Assembly: GCA_016717115.1 (NCBI GenBank)
Contig: JADKGE010000003.1
Coordinates: 85,037 to 149,036, forward strand
Source: Actinomycetota bacterium
GTDB lineage: Bacteria > Actinomycetota > Actinomycetes > S36-B12
Direction of reading: 5' to 3'
DNA length: 64,000 nt
Translations under genes and position numbers: made by a program
Notes under the pieces: model-generated
Seen by the model: only the letters and a program-made list of their open reading frames with translations
Database searches by the model: none
Told to the model about the DNA's origin: nothing
Part shown: piece after piece, positions 62,238-64,000 of the stretch
Layout: each line of letters begins with the position of its first letter
Numbering within the stretch: position 1 is the stretch's first letter

Positions 62238-64000
62238 ATGAGTACCTCACGGCCGACGATCCCATCCGTGCCGGGCGAGTTCTCGAACCTGGTGGAGACC
62301 CTCGACCTCGCGACGAAGGTCCGACTGCTCACCGGCGCGACCATGTTCACCCTCGAGCCCGAGCCCTCGATCGGCCTTGGCGAGCTGCGCTTCTCCGATG
62401 GGCCCACGGGCGTCCGCGGACTGAAGTTCAGCGGCGGTCGTATCGTGGCGCTGCTTCCGAACGCCACGCTGCTGGCGGCATCGTGGAGTCCCGAGCTGGC
62501 ATACGAGGTAGGCGAGCTCCTGGCGGAGGAGGCCCTGGCACAGCGGATCCACGTCGTGCTCGGCCCGACCATCAATCTGCATCGTTCGCTGCTCGGCGGC
62601 CGGCTGTTCGAGGCCTACTCCGAGGATCCTCTGCTGACAGGAGTGCTGGCGGCGGCGTACGTCAACGGCATGCAGAAGCACCGCGTGGGGGCGTGCCTGA
62701 AGCACCTCGTCGCCAACGAGTCGGAGACACTGCGCAACTCGATGAACAGCATCGTCGACGAGGCCACCTTGCGCGAGCTCTACCTGCTGCCGTTCGAGAT
62801 CGCCGCAAGTGACAGCGACCCGTGGACGATGATGGCCGCCTACAACGACGTCAACGGGGTCCCCGCGACCGAGCAGGACCACGTGATCAACGAGGTCGTC
62901 AAAGGCGAATGGGACTACACCGGTCTGGTGATGTCGGACTGGTTCGCCACGAAGTCCGCCGCGCCCGCCGCCAACGGCGGGCTCGACCTGGTGATGCCGG
63001 GGCCGGCGGGCCCGTGGGGTGACGCCCTCGTCGCCGCGGTGGAGGCCGGCGAGGTCGACGAGGAGGTCATTGACGACCACCTTTACCGGCTTCTGGTGCT
63101 TGCCGATCGTGTCGGCGCGCTGGGTGCCGAGCGCGACTACCCCAGCGGCATCCCGGCCCCGGACAGTGTCCTTCGACGTGACCAGCTGACGCGACTAGCC
63201 GCGGCGGGCATGACCGTGCTGACCAACCACGACGCGGTGCTCCCTCTGGACACGTCGCTGTCCATCGCCCTGATCGGGCGTCACGCGACCGAGACATCGA
63301 CCATGGGCGGGGGGTCTGCTTCGGTGAACGCTCCGTACCACGTGAGCGTGGCGGACGGCCTGGGCGCGCTCGTGGGCGACCGGATGACCGTGACCGACGG
63401 CGTGGAGGTGCGCACGAAGCCCATCCCGGCGCTATCGAGGTTCGTCAGCGATCCGCTGACCGGCGAGCCCGGAGTCGGCTTCACCTTGTTCGATGCCCAT
63501 GGCGAGGTGATCGAGGAGCGCCACAGCCGCACCGGGAGCACGCTCGTCGGATTCGACGACGACATCGGGGGGACCGTGGCGTCGGTGCGCGTGCGTGCCC
63601 GTGTCGTCGAGGGCGGCCGCCTCACCCTCGGGGTCATCGGAGTCGGTCACTGGATGCTGTCTGCGGCTGACCGCAGCGTCAGCCTGACCCTGCGACTGGC
63701 CGGCACGGGAGTCGGCGAGGAGATCATCGACCCTCCCCGCGCGACAGAGGAGTTTGACGTCGACGCCGATGACATCGTCGAGGCGGTCATGACCGTCGAC
63801 CCCACTGCCGTGAGCACGGGAGCGGTCGGACTGCTCGGCACGCTCGGGCTCGTGGTGACCCACGCACCACGCGATCCGGATCTCGTCATTCGGGAGGCCT
63901 GCGACGCGGCGGCCCGCGCCGACGTAGCCGTCGTCGTCGTCGGCCTCACCGACGAGCAGGAGACCGAGGCCGCCGACAAGACCACGCTGGGCCTGCCTGG
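62238..64000 (+). CDS. GH3 beta-glucosidase (partial; continues beyond the window)
   Basis: Not in the supplied track because there is no stop in the window. Own translation from the ATG at 62238: LLTGATMFTL...LRFSDGPTGVRG...LGPTINLHRSLLGGRLFEAYSEDP...CLKHLVANESE...LVMSDWFA...GGGSASVNAP. Confidence 0.85.
   Translation, partial: MSTSRPTIPSVPGEFSNLVETLDLATKVRLLTGATMFTLEPEPSIGLGELRFSDGPTGVRGLKFSGGRIVALLPNATLLAASWSPELAYEVGELLAEEALAQRIHVVLGPTINLHRSLLGGRLFEAYSEDPLLTGVLAAAYVNGMQKHRVGACLKHLVANESETLRNSMNSIVDEATLRELYLLPFEIAASDSDPWTMMAAYNDVNGVPATEQDHVINEVVKGEWDYTGLVMSDWFATKSAAPAANGGLDLVMPGPAGPWGDALVAAVEAGEVDEEVIDDHLYRLLVLADRVGALGAERDYPSGIPAPDSVLRRDQLTRLAAAGMTVLTNHDAVLPLDTSLSIALIGRHATETSTMGGGSASVNAPYHVSVADGLGALVGDRMTVTDGVEVRTKPIPALSRFVSDPLTGEPGVGFTLFDAHGEVIEERHSRTGSTLVGFDDDIGGTVASVRVRARVVEGGRLTLGVIGVGHWMLSAADRSVSLTLRLAGTGVGEEIIDPPRATEEFDVDADDIVEAVMTVDPTAVSTGAVGLLGTLGLVVTHAPRDPDLVIREACDAAARADVAVVVVGLTDEQETEAADKTTLGLP

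Overview
High-GC (roughly 70%) actinobacterial-type chromosomal segment with about 60 protein genes and no rRNA, complete tRNA, CRISPR array, integrase, transposase or reverse transcriptase that I could recognise. The genes are mostly accessory: TetR, HxlR, PadR and XRE regulator cassettes, two ABC-2 exporters, three GGDEF-type c-di-GMP proteins, a NarL-type two-component system, secreted hydrolases, and organosulfur genes (DszB-like desulfinase, rhodanese, frameshifted arylsulfatase, SulP, alkylsulfatase, formylglycine-generating enzyme). Two things stand out. (1) A family of structured intergenic elements has at least five secure copies, at about 1.1, 4.9, 15.4, 18.9 and 24.3 kb, plus several degenerate candidates. 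Every recognised copy lies on the + strand whatever the flanking gene orientation. All share a core CGGGG-loop-CCCCG hairpin followed by AGGCGGC and have modular flanks, they do not look protein-coding, and I cannot assign them to a known RNA or IS family. (2) A three-gene module combines an MprF-type aminoacyl-phosphatidylglycerol synthase domain (with a rhomboid-like N-terminus), a translationally coupled aspartate 4-decarboxylase-like aminotransferase, and a convergent editing-less AlaRS catalytic-fragment paralog behind a roughly 360-nt structured leader. This suggests a self-contained alanine to Ala-tRNA to alanyl-lipid route. All family calls come from motif recognition by eye. Start codons are often uncertain, and many long ORFs in the track are antisense shadow frames typical of high-GC DNA.
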